A stretch of 64,000 bases of DNA from Bacteroidia bacterium (GTDB lineage Bacteria > Bacteroidota > Bacteroidia > UKL13-3). The stretch covers positions 53,871 through 117,870 of the forward strand of contig JBAYTR010000005.1 of the NCBI GenBank assembly GCA_041675505.1. Direction: 5' to 3'. The position numbers and the translations under genes were made by a program. Positions 33,507-43,156 of this stretch are shown in pieces. The first letter of the stretch is position 1. Each line of letters starts with the position of its first letter. A model generated the notes under the pieces. The model had not been told where the DNA came from. It was given only the letters and a program-made list of their open reading frames with translations, and ran no database searches.

Positions 33507-34280
33507 ATGATACGTTTTGATTATTTAGAAGCCAATAAAGATAAATTTCGTGAGCAGTTTTTGATGGCCAGACCATTCCCACACATTGGAATTGATGAGG
33601 TTTGCGAGCCGGAGAAGGCCATTGAACTCTACAACAGTATTCCCAATATTGAAACCAAAAGTGCTGATTACATTTTTGCAGCTGAGAAATACGAGAAATC
33701 AAAGTTCTGGACCATGGGTGGTGTTTTTCAGGAGTTGTACAATGACCTTACCTCTGAACGATTTAAAAACTGGCTGTGTTACGTGAGCAACGAAGAGGTG
33801 TTTATTGATGACACCTTTTATGGTGGAGGTATTCACCAGGGTAAAAAAGGCAGTTTCCTTGATATGCATGCTGATTTTAACTACCACCCGCTCAACGATC
33901 ATTGGTTCCGTAACCTCAACCTGTTGCTTTACCTCAACAAAGACTGGAAGAAAGAATTTGGAGGCGAATTGAAACTGGAAGATAGCCGCAACGGTGTAAA
34001 AACAGAGGTGGATGTACCTTTTAACCGCTTAGCCATTATGTTATGTCGGGGGTATACTCTGCATGGTTATGACCCCATCAACTTTCCGGAAGGACAATTC
34101 AGAACTTCCATTGCTTCCTACGCTTATACCCTGCATAACGAGCCAACAGAATCATCACGCACCACCATGTGGAAAGTGAAGGAGGATGCCTCTTTCTTAA
34201 AGAAACTGGCTTCCAAAATATGGGTGCCGGCTGTAAAATTGAAGAGTAAGTTCACTAAGAGCAAAACGGCTGACCATTAA
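33507..34280 (+). CDS. 2OG-Fe(II) oxygenase-superfamily protein
   Basis: 'HADFNYH' (HxD), 'LNLLLYLNKDWKKEFGGELKL' and a later 'H' in 'YTLHGY', followed by 'R', fit the cupin 2OG-oxygenase triad. Confidence 0.55.
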   Translation: MIRFDYLEANKDKFREQFLMARPFPHIGIDEVCEPEKAIELYNSIPNIETKSADYIFAAEKYEKSKFWTMGGVFQELYNDLTSERFKNWLCYVSNEEVFIDDTFYGGGIHQGKKGSFLDMHADFNYHPLNDHWFRNLNLLLYLNKDWKKEFGGELKLEDSRNGVKTEVDVPFNRLAIMLCRGYTLHGYDPINFPEGQFRTSIASYAYTLHNEPTESSRTTMWKVKEDASFLKKLASKIWVPAVKLKSKFTKSKTADH

Positions 34281-34303
34281 TCTCATTTAAAAAGATATCC
34301 GAA

Positions 34304-34331
34304 AGACGAAATGAAAGTTTCGTCTTTTTTT
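34304..34331 (+). terminator. Intrinsic terminator: stem 'agacgaaa'/'tttcgtct', loop 'tgaaag', followed by T7
   Basis: Read directly in the sequence, 24 bp after the stop of the 33507..34280 gene. Confidence 0.7.
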
Positions 34332-34345
34332 GTTTTCTTTGATAC

Positions 34346-34840
34346 ATGATTATTTCACTTATTGTTGTTGCAGATGAGCATAATGGTATTGGTAAAAACA
34401 ATCAATTGTTATGTCACCTGCCTGCCGACCTGAAATACTTTAAACAAACCACAACAGGGCACCACATTGTAATGGGGCGCAAAACCTATGACTCTGTGGG
34501 GAGGCCATTACCCAACAGGGTAAACATTGTTATCACCCGAAATAGTTTATTAAGTTTACCGGGGTGTGTGGTGGTGGCCGATTTGCAACAGGCCATGAGT
34601 TACGCAGCAGAGAACGGGGAAACAGAATTATTTATAACCGGTGGCGGAACCATCTACGAACAAGCTATCGGCATTGCTAACCGCATTTATTTAACCCGTA
34701 TTCATCACAACTTTGAAGCAGATACTTTTTTTCCGGTTATTGAACCTACCATGTGGAAGGAACTGAGTAGTGAGTTCAATGAGCGGGATGAGAAGAATAC
34801 ATACGATTACACCTTTCAGGTGTTGGAAAAACTGAGTTAA
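34346..34840 (+). CDS. folA: Dihydrofolate reductase
   Basis: The 164-aa protein has 'IISLIVVADEHNGIGKNNQLLCHLPADLKYFKQTT', 'IVMGRKTYDS' and 'LFITGGGTIYE'. Confidence 0.9.
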   Translation: MIISLIVVADEHNGIGKNNQLLCHLPADLKYFKQTTTGHHIVMGRKTYDSVGRPLPNRVNIVITRNSLLSLPGCVVVADLQQAMSYAAENGETELFITGGGTIYEQAIGIANRIYLTRIHHNFEADTFFPVIEPTMWKELSSEFNERDEKNTYDYTFQVLEKLS

Positions 34841-35599
34841 TTACTTCTCTGCGTCTCTGTTCATCTGAAACCCCAGCGTTTTAGCTGTCGGGAATCCTGA
34901 ACTGTAGCTTTCCATGTTTTTCTGGTCAACTGTAATGAAGTTGACTGCTTCTACAGGAGGTGCAATCAAATCAAAATTGAGGCAATAAAGCATAGCCTCT
35001 TCAATAATGCGCTGAATTTTTTCTTCGTTAAGTTCATGATGACTGATATCATTGAACAGAAAACTTAATGGTCTTTTGCCCTCTATAAAAAAGTGGTTGT
35101 CCTTGTTAATAAAAATGCGGGCTATCAGAATGCCTATATCGTCCTGTCTGTTGTATTTAATGGAGTCAGAAAGAAAATTATATACCTGAATAAGTCCGCA
35201 GTACTCGCGCATTTTATCCTCTTTGATGTAGGGGTGTTTGTTGATGTGATGATCTTCGGCAAAGTCAAATACATTGGTATGCATCATGAGTACCAGTGTG
35301 TCTCCTGAGAATTTCAAATGCGCTTCAAAGTCACCTTTCTCACTATACTTAACTTCCACACCCTTATCTAAGGCAGCCATTTTACCGCTCAGTTTTTCCT
35401 CTACTTCATGCAACTTCTTTTTAAACTGTTGAAAGCTGTTCAGGGTATTTCGGTACACTAACTGTTTGGTGCATGATTTGGTGCTGAGCACTTGATAGAT
35501 GTCATCAATTTTTGTTTCCATATCAATACGCTTTAGCGAACAGAACTCTTTGTGCGGAAGGTTGGCCGGAGTATATACAGGTGCCTGTTTCCTGCACAT
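34841..35599 (-). CDS. Hypothetical protein
   Basis: Long ORF with no signal peptide and no motif I recognise. The start is uncertain; an internal Met that clears the proS stop seems likely. Confidence 0.4.
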   Translation of the reverse strand: MCRKQAPVYTPANLPHKEFCSLKRIDMETKIDDIYQVLSTKSCTKQLVYRNTLNSFQQFKKKLHEVEEKLSGKMAALDKGVEVKYSEKGDFEAHLKFSGDTLVLMMHTNVFDFAEDHHINKHPYIKEDKMREYCGLIQVYNFLSDSIKYNRQDDIGILIARIFINKDNHFFIEGKRPLSFLFNDISHHELNEEKIQRIIEEAMLYCLNFDLIAPPVEAVNFITVDQKNMESYSSGFPTAKTLGFQMNRDAEK

Positions 35600-37001
35600 T
35601 ATTTAACGGTATGCAGCGAATGGTAGCCTTGGTTTCTTCTTTTATTTTTTCTTCAGTTGCAGGGGTGCCATCCCAATGTGCTGATATAAATCCACCCGGA
35701 TTTTCGAGTTTTTCTTTAAACTCTTCATAGGTGTTTACTACATGTATATTCTGGTCACGGAAAGCCAGTGCTTTTTCATACAGGTTATTCTGAATCTGTT
35801 CCAGCAGGTGAGGTATTTTGTGTTCCAGATCAACACTGCTTAATAGTTGTTTTTCCTTGGTATCTCTGCGGGCTACTTCTACTGTGCCGTTGTCAACATC
35901 ACGCGGGCCAACAGCAATACGCACAGGTACACCCTTCAATTCATATTCGTTGAATTTCCAACCCGGTTTGTGTGTATCGCGGTTGTCGTATTTAACACTG
36001 ATGTTTTGTTTTTCTAATTGTGCCTTAATATTTTTAGCCACAGCATCCACTTTGCTCAACTCTTCGTCAGAGCGGTAAATGGGTACAATTACCACCTGAA
36101 TAGGTGCAACACTGGGAGGTAATACCAAACCTTCATCATCAGAGTGGGCCATAATCAAGGCTCCCATCAAACGGGTGGAAACGCCCCAGGAGGTGGCCCA
36201 AACGTAATCGAGCTTACCATCTTTTCCGGCATATTTTACATCAAATGCTTTGGCAAAATTTTGTCCGAGGAAGTGGGAGGTACCCATTTGTAAAGCTTTT
36301 CCGTCCTGCATCAAACCTTCGATACAATAAGTGTCATCGGCTCCGGCAAAACGTTCGTTTGCTGTTTTTACACCTTTGATTACCGGAACTGCTAAAAATT
36401 TCTCGGCAAAATCAGCATATACTTCCAGCATCTGTTTGGTTTCAACAATGGCTTCTTCTTTGGTAGCATGAGCCGTGTGGCCTTCCTGCCAAAGAAACTC
36501 TGTGGTGCGCAGAAATAAACGGGTACGCATTTCCCAGCGTACTACATTGGCCCATTGGTTAATGAGAATAGGTAAATCGCGGTAGGATTGTATCCAGTTT
36601 TTATAGGTGCTCCATATAATGGCTTCTGAGGTTGGGCGTACCACAAGCTCTTCTGTAAGTTTTGCTTCAGGGTCAACAATCAATTTACCTTTATGGTCAG
36701 GATCTGTTTTAAGTCGGTAGTGTGTTACTACAGCACATTCTTTGGCAAAACCTTCTGCATTTTTTTCTTCAGCTTCAAACAAACTTTTGGGCACAAACAG
36801 GGGGAAATAAGCATTTACGTGTCCTGTTGCTTTAAACTGTTTGTCCAACTCCTGCTGCATTTTTTCCCATATAGCGTAGCCGTAAGGCTTAATCACCATA
36901 CAGCCCTTCACAGCTGAATGTTCAGCCAGATCGGCATTATTGACCAGATTATTGTACCATTCTGAATAGTTCTCGCTGCGTTTTACTTTTTTATTTTCCA
37001 T
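35523..37001 (-). CDS. proS: Proline--tRNA ligase (class II, archaeal/eukaryotic-type as in Bacteroidota)
   Basis: The 492-aa protein has 'YSEWYNNLV', '[12 protein letters not shown]', motif 2 '[22 protein letters not shown]' and the C-terminal zinc-binding domain. Confidence 0.9.
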   Translation of the reverse strand: MENKKVKRSENYSEWYNNLVNNADLAEHSAVKGCMVIKPYGYAIWEKMQQELDKQFKATGHVNAYFPLFVPKSLFEAEEKNAEGFAKECAVVTHYRLKTDPDHKGKLIVDPEAKLTEELVVRPTSEAIIWSTYKNWIQSYRDLPILINQWANVVRWEMRTRLFLRTTEFLWQEGHTAHATKEEAIVETKQMLEVYADFAEKFLAVPVIKGVKTANERFAGADDTYCIEGLMQDGKALQMGTSHFLGQNFAKAFDVKYAGKDGKLDYVWATSWGVSTRLMGALIMAHSDDEGLVLPPSVAPIQVVIVPIYRSDEELSKVDAVAKNIKAQLEKQNISVKYDNRDTHKPGWKFNEYELKGVPVRIAVGPRDVDNGTVEVARRDTKEKQLLSSVDLEHKIPHLLEQIQNNLYEKALAFRDQNIHVVNTYEEFKEKLENPGGFISAHWDGTPATEEKIKEETKATIRCIPLNNVQETGTCIYSGQPSAQRVLFAKAY

Positions 37002-37155
37002 TGACCTTGATGCTTGGAATAGTATTTGTTAAATTTAATGTGGGCAAAAATAAGGTTTAATCAGCTTAGTTGAGGTATGTGTACCCGGTCAATTTTACCT
37101 TTGGTTTAACTAACTTGCCTTTGTTCCGGTCAGGTAATTTATTTAACCGTTCAAC

Positions 37156-38235
37156 ATGAAAACAGGTATTTACATTTTGGGTTTTTTCGGAGTGCTATGG
37201 GCGGGCTGTCAGCCGGCACGTACTTACGTAAAGGTGGATGACGATGTTTACTACAGTCGTAAAGATGCACAGCAGGAACGGAATGAATATTTAGCAAAAA
37301 CTAAGGAGACGGCTGCACCCGTGATGAAAAGCACGGAGTATGTAATTGAAGGTGAAAATCAGGATTCGGTCGCCATTAGTGACACACTTCCCGACAACGA
37401 TGTTTTAACAGATGTGCCGTCAAAAGAAGAAAGAAGTTATTTTGATGAAAACGGGGTGGCTTATGGTACTGATGACTGGGGCACTTACAATTCACCTTCG
37501 CCTTACTACGGTGGATTCATGGGTAGCCCGTTCGGTTTTCAGCCCAGTCCGTTTTGGACTCCCGGATGGCACTTTTCAGTAGGATACACCTGGGGTTTTC
37601 CTTCCACCTATTTTGGCAATCCTTACGGTTACGGAGGCATGGGATATAATTCTCCTTTTTATTCGCCATTTTGGAACACCGGCTGGGGTTCTTATTACAG
37701 CCCTTACAATTATTACGGATTCAATCCCTATAATGGCGGTTACAGTACTACACCCGGTGTAATTATGTATGATAACCGTCCTTCAGCAACACGTACCCCG
37801 CGCACACAGGGAAATCGTTCTTTACCCGGCAGAGTGTATAACAGAGGAAATGTAGTTCCTGTTCAACCCAACAGAACTGTGCAACCTCGTAAAGAAACCA
37901 TTACTCCCCGTTCAGGTTCACAACCGGTGCAGGTTCAACCTGCGCAACCCGCTGCACCTGCACGCGTTCCGGTTACTCCGTCAAATCAGCCTCAAAATAA
38001 TTTACCGAATGTAGCCCCGAAAAACCAGGTTACTCCGCAACCACAAGTGCCTGTCAATAAACGTGAGGAGCGCATTGAACGATTGAAAGAAAGGCAACGG
38101 GAACAGCGTATTGAAAGGCAAGAGAGACAACAAAGACAGCCTGAATCTCGTCCGGCACCACAGGTAAGGCCCGCGTCTCCGGCACCGACTCCTGCGCCAA
38201 GAACTCCTGCTCCACGTCAAGGTAGAATAAGGTAA
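37156..38235 (+). CDS. Low-complexity lipoprotein: a G/Y/F/W/P-rich central region and a P/Q-rich plus R/E-rich ('ERIERLKERQREQRIERQERQQRQ') C-terminus
   Basis: Lipobox 'VLWAGC'. Composition read directly in the translation. Confidence 0.55.
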   Translation: MKTGIYILGFFGVLWAGCQPARTYVKVDDDVYYSRKDAQQERNEYLAKTKETAAPVMKSTEYVIEGENQDSVAISDTLPDNDVLTDVPSKEERSYFDENGVAYGTDDWGTYNSPSPYYGGFMGSPFGFQPSPFWTPGWHFSVGYTWGFPSTYFGNPYGYGGMGYNSPFYSPFWNTGWGSYYSPYNYYGFNPYNGGYSTTPGVIMYDNRPSATRTPRTQGNRSLPGRVYNRGNVVPVQPNRTVQPRKETITPRSGSQPVQVQPAQPAAPARVPVTPSNQPQNNLPNVAPKNQVTPQPQVPVNKREERIERLKERQREQRIERQERQQRQPESRPAPQVRPASPAPTPAPRTPAPRQGRIR

Positions 38236-38245
38236 TTGTAAGCGG

Positions 38246-39760
38246 ATGAACAGACTGTTAATACTGACAGTATTTTGGAGTATGCAGGTATTGCATGCCT
38301 CAGCACAAAATGAAGAAGATATTTTACGCTATTCTGTTTACCAGATTGGCGGTAATGCCCGGGCTGTTGCTTTAGGTGGTGCCACCGGAGCGATGGGTGC
38401 TGATATGTCGGCCTTGTCGAATAACCCTGCCGGATTGGGATTGTACCGCAAAAGTGAGTTCACGCTTTCGGCCTCGGTTTTTAATGCATCCAATTCATCT
38501 GATTATTTTTCACAAACAACTAAAACAGGCAATACAAGTTTTCATTTTCCTAATTTGGGTGTGGTAAAAGCAAATACCCACCAACGTAAAGGTAAGCCGG
38601 TTGATAAAGGTTGGATGAACTATAATTTTGGTTTTAGCTTAAACAGGGCTGCGAGTTACAACAGTACAACTGATTTTGCAGGCATGAACAACAGCTCATC
38701 TTACTTGCAATCACTGGCTCAACAAGCGAACGGAACAGATTACAACCAGCTGAGTGACTTTACAGATTATGGTTTGGCCTGGAAAGTTTATTTGATTGAC
38801 ACCGTTGGAAATAATTCCGCAGATTATAAAAGCAGTATTCCGCAAGGAACTGGGTTGTTGTTGCAGCAGTTTTACCGGGCAGAAAGGGAAGGGCGTATTA
38901 ATGATCATAACTTTTCGTTTGCTACCAGTTACAATGATGTGCTTTATCTGGGTGCTACACTTACACTCAGTAGTGTCAGGTTTCGGGTATCCTCTTCCTT
39001 CTATGAAGGTGATGTGTACGATACCATCAATTCAGGTACTGTACCTTTTGATGCAGAGCTTACTCCTTACAGCAGTATACGCGTAAGCGATGAACTAAAC
39101 GCTTTAGGTTTCGGCATTAACGGAAAACTTGGCGTTATCTATAGCCCTTTTGAATTCATTCGAATTGGAGCGGCTTACCATACTCCGCGTTACCTTAGCA
39201 TGAATGATTACTTTAGTAAGACAATTACTGTTGGTTTTGATGATGGTAGTTTTGCCTCACTATCCTCGGGTGAAGGATATTATGAATACACCATTAAAAC
39301 TCCAGGAAAAACTATGTTCAGTGTTACAGGTATACTGCCCAAAAAAGGACTTATCAATGTTGATGTGGAGCAGGTGGATTACCGCAACGGAAAACTAAAG
39401 GCAGATGACTACAGTTTTTCTGAAGCCAATCAAATGGCCAATCAGTTGTACCGAAAAGCTATGAATGTTAAAGCCGGTGCAGAATACCGTTACGGTTACT
39501 GGTATTTCAGGGGCGGGTATGCAATGATGGGCAATCCATACAAGTCATCCATCATTACCAATAAAGAGGGAAGGACACGTACCGTTACCGGAGGGGTGGG
39601 TTACCGCAAAGGAGATTATTATTTGGATTTTGCGTTTGCTACGGCAAAATCTACTTCTTTTTATACACCTTACGTCATGGTTTCGGGTGCTGAAACACCC
39701 ACAGCGGTCAACACCATTATCCGCAATAGTTTTATTGTTACCGGTGGGTTTAAATTTTAA
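38246..39760 (+). CDS. Outer-membrane beta-barrel protein, FadL/TodX-like (possibly a T9SS-associated PorV-like shuttle)
   Basis: Signal peptide. 'ARAVALGGATGAMGADMSALSNNPAGLGL' is the N-terminal hatch motif ('NPA') of the FadL/OmpP1 family. The C-terminus ends 'VTGGFKF'. Confidence 0.55.
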   Translation: MNRLLILTVFWSMQVLHASAQNEEDILRYSVYQIGGNARAVALGGATGAMGADMSALSNNPAGLGLYRKSEFTLSASVFNASNSSDYFSQTTKTGNTSFHFPNLGVVKANTHQRKGKPVDKGWMNYNFGFSLNRAASYNSTTDFAGMNNSSSYLQSLAQQANGTDYNQLSDFTDYGLAWKVYLIDTVGNNSADYKSSIPQGTGLLLQQFYRAEREGRINDHNFSFATSYNDVLYLGATLTLSSVRFRVSSSFYEGDVYDTINSGTVPFDAELTPYSSIRVSDELNALGFGINGKLGVIYSPFEFIRIGAAYHTPRYLSMNDYFSKTITVGFDDGSFASLSSGEGYYEYTIKTPGKTMFSVTGILPKKGLINVDVEQVDYRNGKLKADDYSFSEANQMANQLYRKAMNVKAGAEYRYGYWYFRGGYAMMGNPYKSSIITNKEGRTRTVTGGVGYRKGDYYLDFAFATAKSTSFYTPYVMVSGAETPTAVNTIIRNSFIVTGGFKF

Positions 39761-40613
39761 AGAACAGCATACTCAGAATGCCTGTAAGCATAATTACTTT
39801 ACAGTAGCTGCTCAGTAAACTAAAGTCTCTTTTTTTATCTGCCTTTTTCAGTTTAAAAAGAAAAATGTTCATGGGTACTAATACGGCCAGCACGCCATAG
39901 GCTAAATAAAACCATCCCATTCGCTGTGCCTGAAACAGTGTGTAAAACAATAACACCAGCATCAGCGTGCTCATAATAAATGATACCACTAACTTGGCCG
40001 GACGAATGCCCATTTCAATAGGTAAAGTTCGTGCGGCATACTTAGCATCACCTTTCATGTCTTCAATGTCTTTGATAATCTCCCTAACCAGTGTGATGAG
40101 AAAGGCAAAACCCGCATAGGCCAGTATATAATTCATGCTGATGTTGTTGTCGAACAAGGGTAACATGAGCAAACTGATACCTGTAAGTGCAGCTACGGTG
40201 AGGTTACCTATGAAGAAGCGTTTCTTTAATCGCGAAGAGTAAATCCACAGCAGTAATATGGCTGCTGAAAAAAGTAAGGCAATGCGCCACGAGAGTAATA
40301 AACCCATCAACAAGGCCGCTGCATTAAAAACAAAATGCCATATCATGGCCCATCTGCGGGAAATGGATTTGCCTACCACCACCTTGCGGGGTTTATTAAC
40401 CAAATCCAGTTTTACATCAATGTAATCATTCAGTATGTATCCGGCTGCAGCAATAAGCAGCGTACCGCTTAGCAACATCAAAAAACGGGTGGAGATAAAG
40501 TGAGATATGTGTTGGTAATCGGAGAGGCACCAGGCTGCCAGCAACTGGGTGAGCAGCAGAATCAGCAGGTTGAGCCAGCGGATGAGTGAAAAGAAGTCAA
40601 TGATTTTTTTCAC
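39750..40613 (-). CDS. UbiA-family prenyltransferase
   Basis: The 287-aa polytopic protein has a 'NDYIDVKLD' Asp-rich motif and a second 'DIEDMKGD' motif. Confidence 0.75.
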   Translation of the reverse strand: MKKIIDFFSLIRWLNLLILLLTQLLAAWCLSDYQHISHFISTRFLMLLSGTLLIAAAGYILNDYIDVKLDLVNKPRKVVVGKSISRRWAMIWHFVFNAAALLMGLLLSWRIALLFSAAILLLWIYSSRLKKRFFIGNLTVAALTGISLLMLPLFDNNISMNYILAYAGFAFLITLVREIIKDIEDMKGDAKYAARTLPIEMGIRPAKLVVSFIMSTLMLVLLFYTLFQAQRMGWFYLAYGVLAVLVPMNIFLFKLKKADKKRDFSLLSSYCKVIMLTGILSMLFFKI

Positions 40614-40622
40614 GCGGGGTAA

Positions 40623-41171
40623 TTACCAAATGAGGTTTTCACTTTCTTCCACGTTCCACTTGCCTTGTATTTTCATCACTTGCTCCAGCACATCGCGCAC
40701 ACAGCCTTTGCCCCCTTTTTTTGGAGAGGTGTATAAACTTACCTGTTGAATATCTCCCACAGCATCTTTGGGGCAACAGGGTACACCCACTTGTTTCATG
40801 ATGGCACGGTCAGGGATATCATCGCCCATGTACAGGATGTGTTCAGTGTTCATTTGGTGTTCTTTAATGTAGCTGTTAAACTGTTCGAGTTTATTGGCCA
40901 CACCTGCATATATATCGGTAATGCCCAAACCTTGCAAACGTTTTATCACACCGGGAGATTTTCCTCCGGTAATAATGACTATGCGGTAGCCTTTTTTTAC
41001 GGCCAGTTGCAAAGCATACCCGTCTTTGATGTTGAATACGCGCAGTTGTTCGCCTGTATCGGTGGCCAGTACGCTGCCATCAGTAAGTACACCATCTACA
41101 TCCAACATAAAAGTATTTACGTGGTGAAGTTTGTTTAAGAATTCATTGCTCATTGCTACAAATCTAAACAA
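40623..41171 (-). CDS. kdsC: KDO 8-phosphate phosphatase (HAD-IIIA)
   Basis: 'FMLDVDGVLTDG', 'KDG' and 'GDDIPD' are present. The start may be internal Met-7. Confidence 0.8.
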   Translation of the reverse strand: MFRFVAMSNEFLNKLHHVNTFMLDVDGVLTDGSVLATDTGEQLRVFNIKDGYALQLAVKKGYRIVIITGGKSPGVIKRLQGLGITDIYAGVANKLEQFNSYIKEHQMNTEHILYMGDDIPDRAIMKQVGVPCCPKDAVGDIQQVSLYTSPKKGGKGCVRDVLEQVMKIQGKWNVEESENLIW

Positions 41172-41192
41172 ATGTGCTGGCTGATGTGTCAG

Positions 41193-41966
41193 TTATGTGT
41201 TATGTTTTTTCTGTATGAGCGCGGTAAGCAATTCATATACCTGCTTTGCCTCGGCATTGTTTTGAAGCAGTTCGAGGTGCTTAGTGATTACACCTGCGTC
41301 ATTACGTTTAGCCGGACCGGTTTGAATCTTGTGCGGGTTTTGTTTCATGGCATCCTGTAAGGCCGCTGTGAGTAAGGAATGCAGCAGGTTAACGGGGAGT
41401 TTGTTGGCTTCGAGTAATTCGTAAGCAGTGCCGTAAAGGTAATTGGTGAAATTATTGGCAAACACCGCTGCCAGGTGCAGTTGTAATCGTTTGGCTGAAT
41501 CCATGCGGTGAACATGGTTCGAAATTCTGTCGGCCAGTATGCTGAGCTTCTCTTCTGATGTATTGTTGTTGCCTTCAATGCAAAGAGGAATGTTCAGAAA
41601 ATCCTTCAGCTCATTTTTGTTAAAGGTTTGTACCGGGTAAAAAACTCCGTATTGATAGGAACTCTTATTCAAAACATCTAATGGCGTACTACCTGAACAA
41701 TGTGCCACTACCTGTTGTCCCAAATTGAGTTGTGCCGCAATGGACGCAATGGCTGAGTCTTTTACACACAGCAACACCATATCGGCTGTGGGGTCAATAT
41801 TACTGAGGTTGGTATCAGCCAATGCATTCACTTCTTTTGCCAATGCATTCGAATGGTTGAGGTGCTGGCTGATAACCTGCAACACCGTTTGACCATTGTG
41901 GTGTAGTGAATGGGCCAGATTCCACGCGAGGTTTCCGGCACCGATGATGGTAATTTTGTAAGACAT
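41193..41966 (-). CDS. Rossmann-fold NAD(P)-binding protein (DUF2520-type)
   Basis: N-terminal 'KITIIGAGNLAWNLA'. Confidence 0.5.
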   Translation of the reverse strand: MSYKITIIGAGNLAWNLAHSLHHNGQTVLQVISQHLNHSNALAKEVNALADTNLSNIDPTADMVLLCVKDSAIASIAAQLNLGQQVVAHCSGSTPLDVLNKSSYQYGVFYPVQTFNKNELKDFLNIPLCIEGNNNTSEEKLSILADRISNHVHRMDSAKRLQLHLAAVFANNFTNYLYGTAYELLEANKLPVNLLHSLLTAALQDAMKQNPHKIQTGPAKRNDAGVITKHLELLQNNAEAKQVYELLTALIQKKHNT

Positions 41967-42231
41967 GGCAGTTAATTACTGCGTCCAATTTCGGTAATTC
42001 GCGTTGAAAACTCAACAAAAGTCATTTAAATACGACTTCGTTACGCCCATAGGAAGTTTATGTTTTAAATATTAATAGGAAAGAGTTCAATCAGACCGGA
42101 TAGGCGAAGCGCTTAAAGGAAAAGTTGTAAAGTATTAGCCTATAATATATTAACTAACATTTGAATGGAATTGAGAAAAGGTGAAATAGGAATGCAGTAG
42201 CACTCATCCAATTGAGTTGGTGGTTAAGAAA

Positions 42232-43035
42232 CTATTCGGAAGTTGTTTTTAGTATTTTTTGATAACTAAAACTCCCATCGGCAAGTTGAACCCGAAGGAT
42301 ATACAAACCGGGTACCAGATACCGCAACTCATCAATAATGATTTCAGATTGTATTTCTTTGAAACTACACTTGGTTACCTTGCCATCACTCGCATGAATA
42401 AGTATTAGGGAGTATGGTGCGGTTGGTATTTTTACATGCAATTGGTCATTGAATGGATTGGGGTAAACTTCGACTTTGTTTACAGCAGTTTTTTGTATAC
42501 CGCTTGCAAATTCAAAAAGTGCAATTTCAATAGGAAAGTGCCACTTAAAATATGGGGGGAGTACAATAGAATCGCTCATCCTCATATCATATCGATTACC
42601 AAAATTTGTATTTAAAATATAATCATTGCGCATTTTTGCTTCATGTATAACAAATGGAATAGCTTGTGACCTGAATAAATTGGTGTCCCATCGAACAATA
42701 AAAGGAGGTTTTCCGCCATATGAAAAAACATCTGTAACAACTCCAAAATAATTTGTACGAACCGTATTTGCTTTTACAGGGTCATTGCCATAAAAAGAAT
42801 AGACCTGAAATTTTGCTGTTGCAGATGTATCGACTGAAATAGTTTGTTCGCCTAACAACGTGTCTCTACCTGTTGTGGCAGACGAATCCAAAGCCAGATA
42901 AACTGTATCTCTTTGTCCGCTGGAATCTTCAAACGCTACCCAAAATTTCCATTGAGGTTCCTTTGCAAAAACTGCTGATTGGGCTTGGACAGTAAAAGAA
43001 AATCCCAGCAGCAGAAATATGTATATATGTTTCAT
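42232..43035 (-). CDS. T9SS C-terminal-domain cargo protein (function unknown)
   Basis: Signal peptide plus the C-terminal 'VYPNPFNDQLHV..LYILRVQLADGSFSYQKI' Por-secretion tail. Confidence 0.65.
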   Translation of the reverse strand: MKHIYIFLLLGFSFTVQAQSAVFAKEPQWKFWVAFEDSSGQRDTVYLALDSSATTGRDTLLGEQTISVDTSATAKFQVYSFYGNDPVKANTVRTNYFGVVTDVFSYGGKPPFIVRWDTNLFRSQAIPFVIHEAKMRNDYILNTNFGNRYDMRMSDSIVLPPYFKWHFPIEIALFEFASGIQKTAVNKVEVYPNPFNDQLHVKIPTAPYSLILIHASDGKVTKCSFKEIQSEIIIDELRYLVPGLYILRVQLADGSFSYQKILKTTSE

Positions 43036-43156
43036 TAGCATTTAAGACCTTAGTGCTAATGTAAACAATATTTGATGGGAAAGCCAAAAGAATCTGAATA
43101 CTTTTTTTTTGCACCCGGCTTTTCAGTGGGTTGGAATCAACGTTTTTGTGATTGAG

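Noticed and set aside
43036-43064. Palindrome 'cattagca...tgctaatg' spanning the start codon of the T9SS cargo gene
   Set aside because: The arm is short (8 bp) with a 13-nt loop. It is probably coincidental or minor translational structure.
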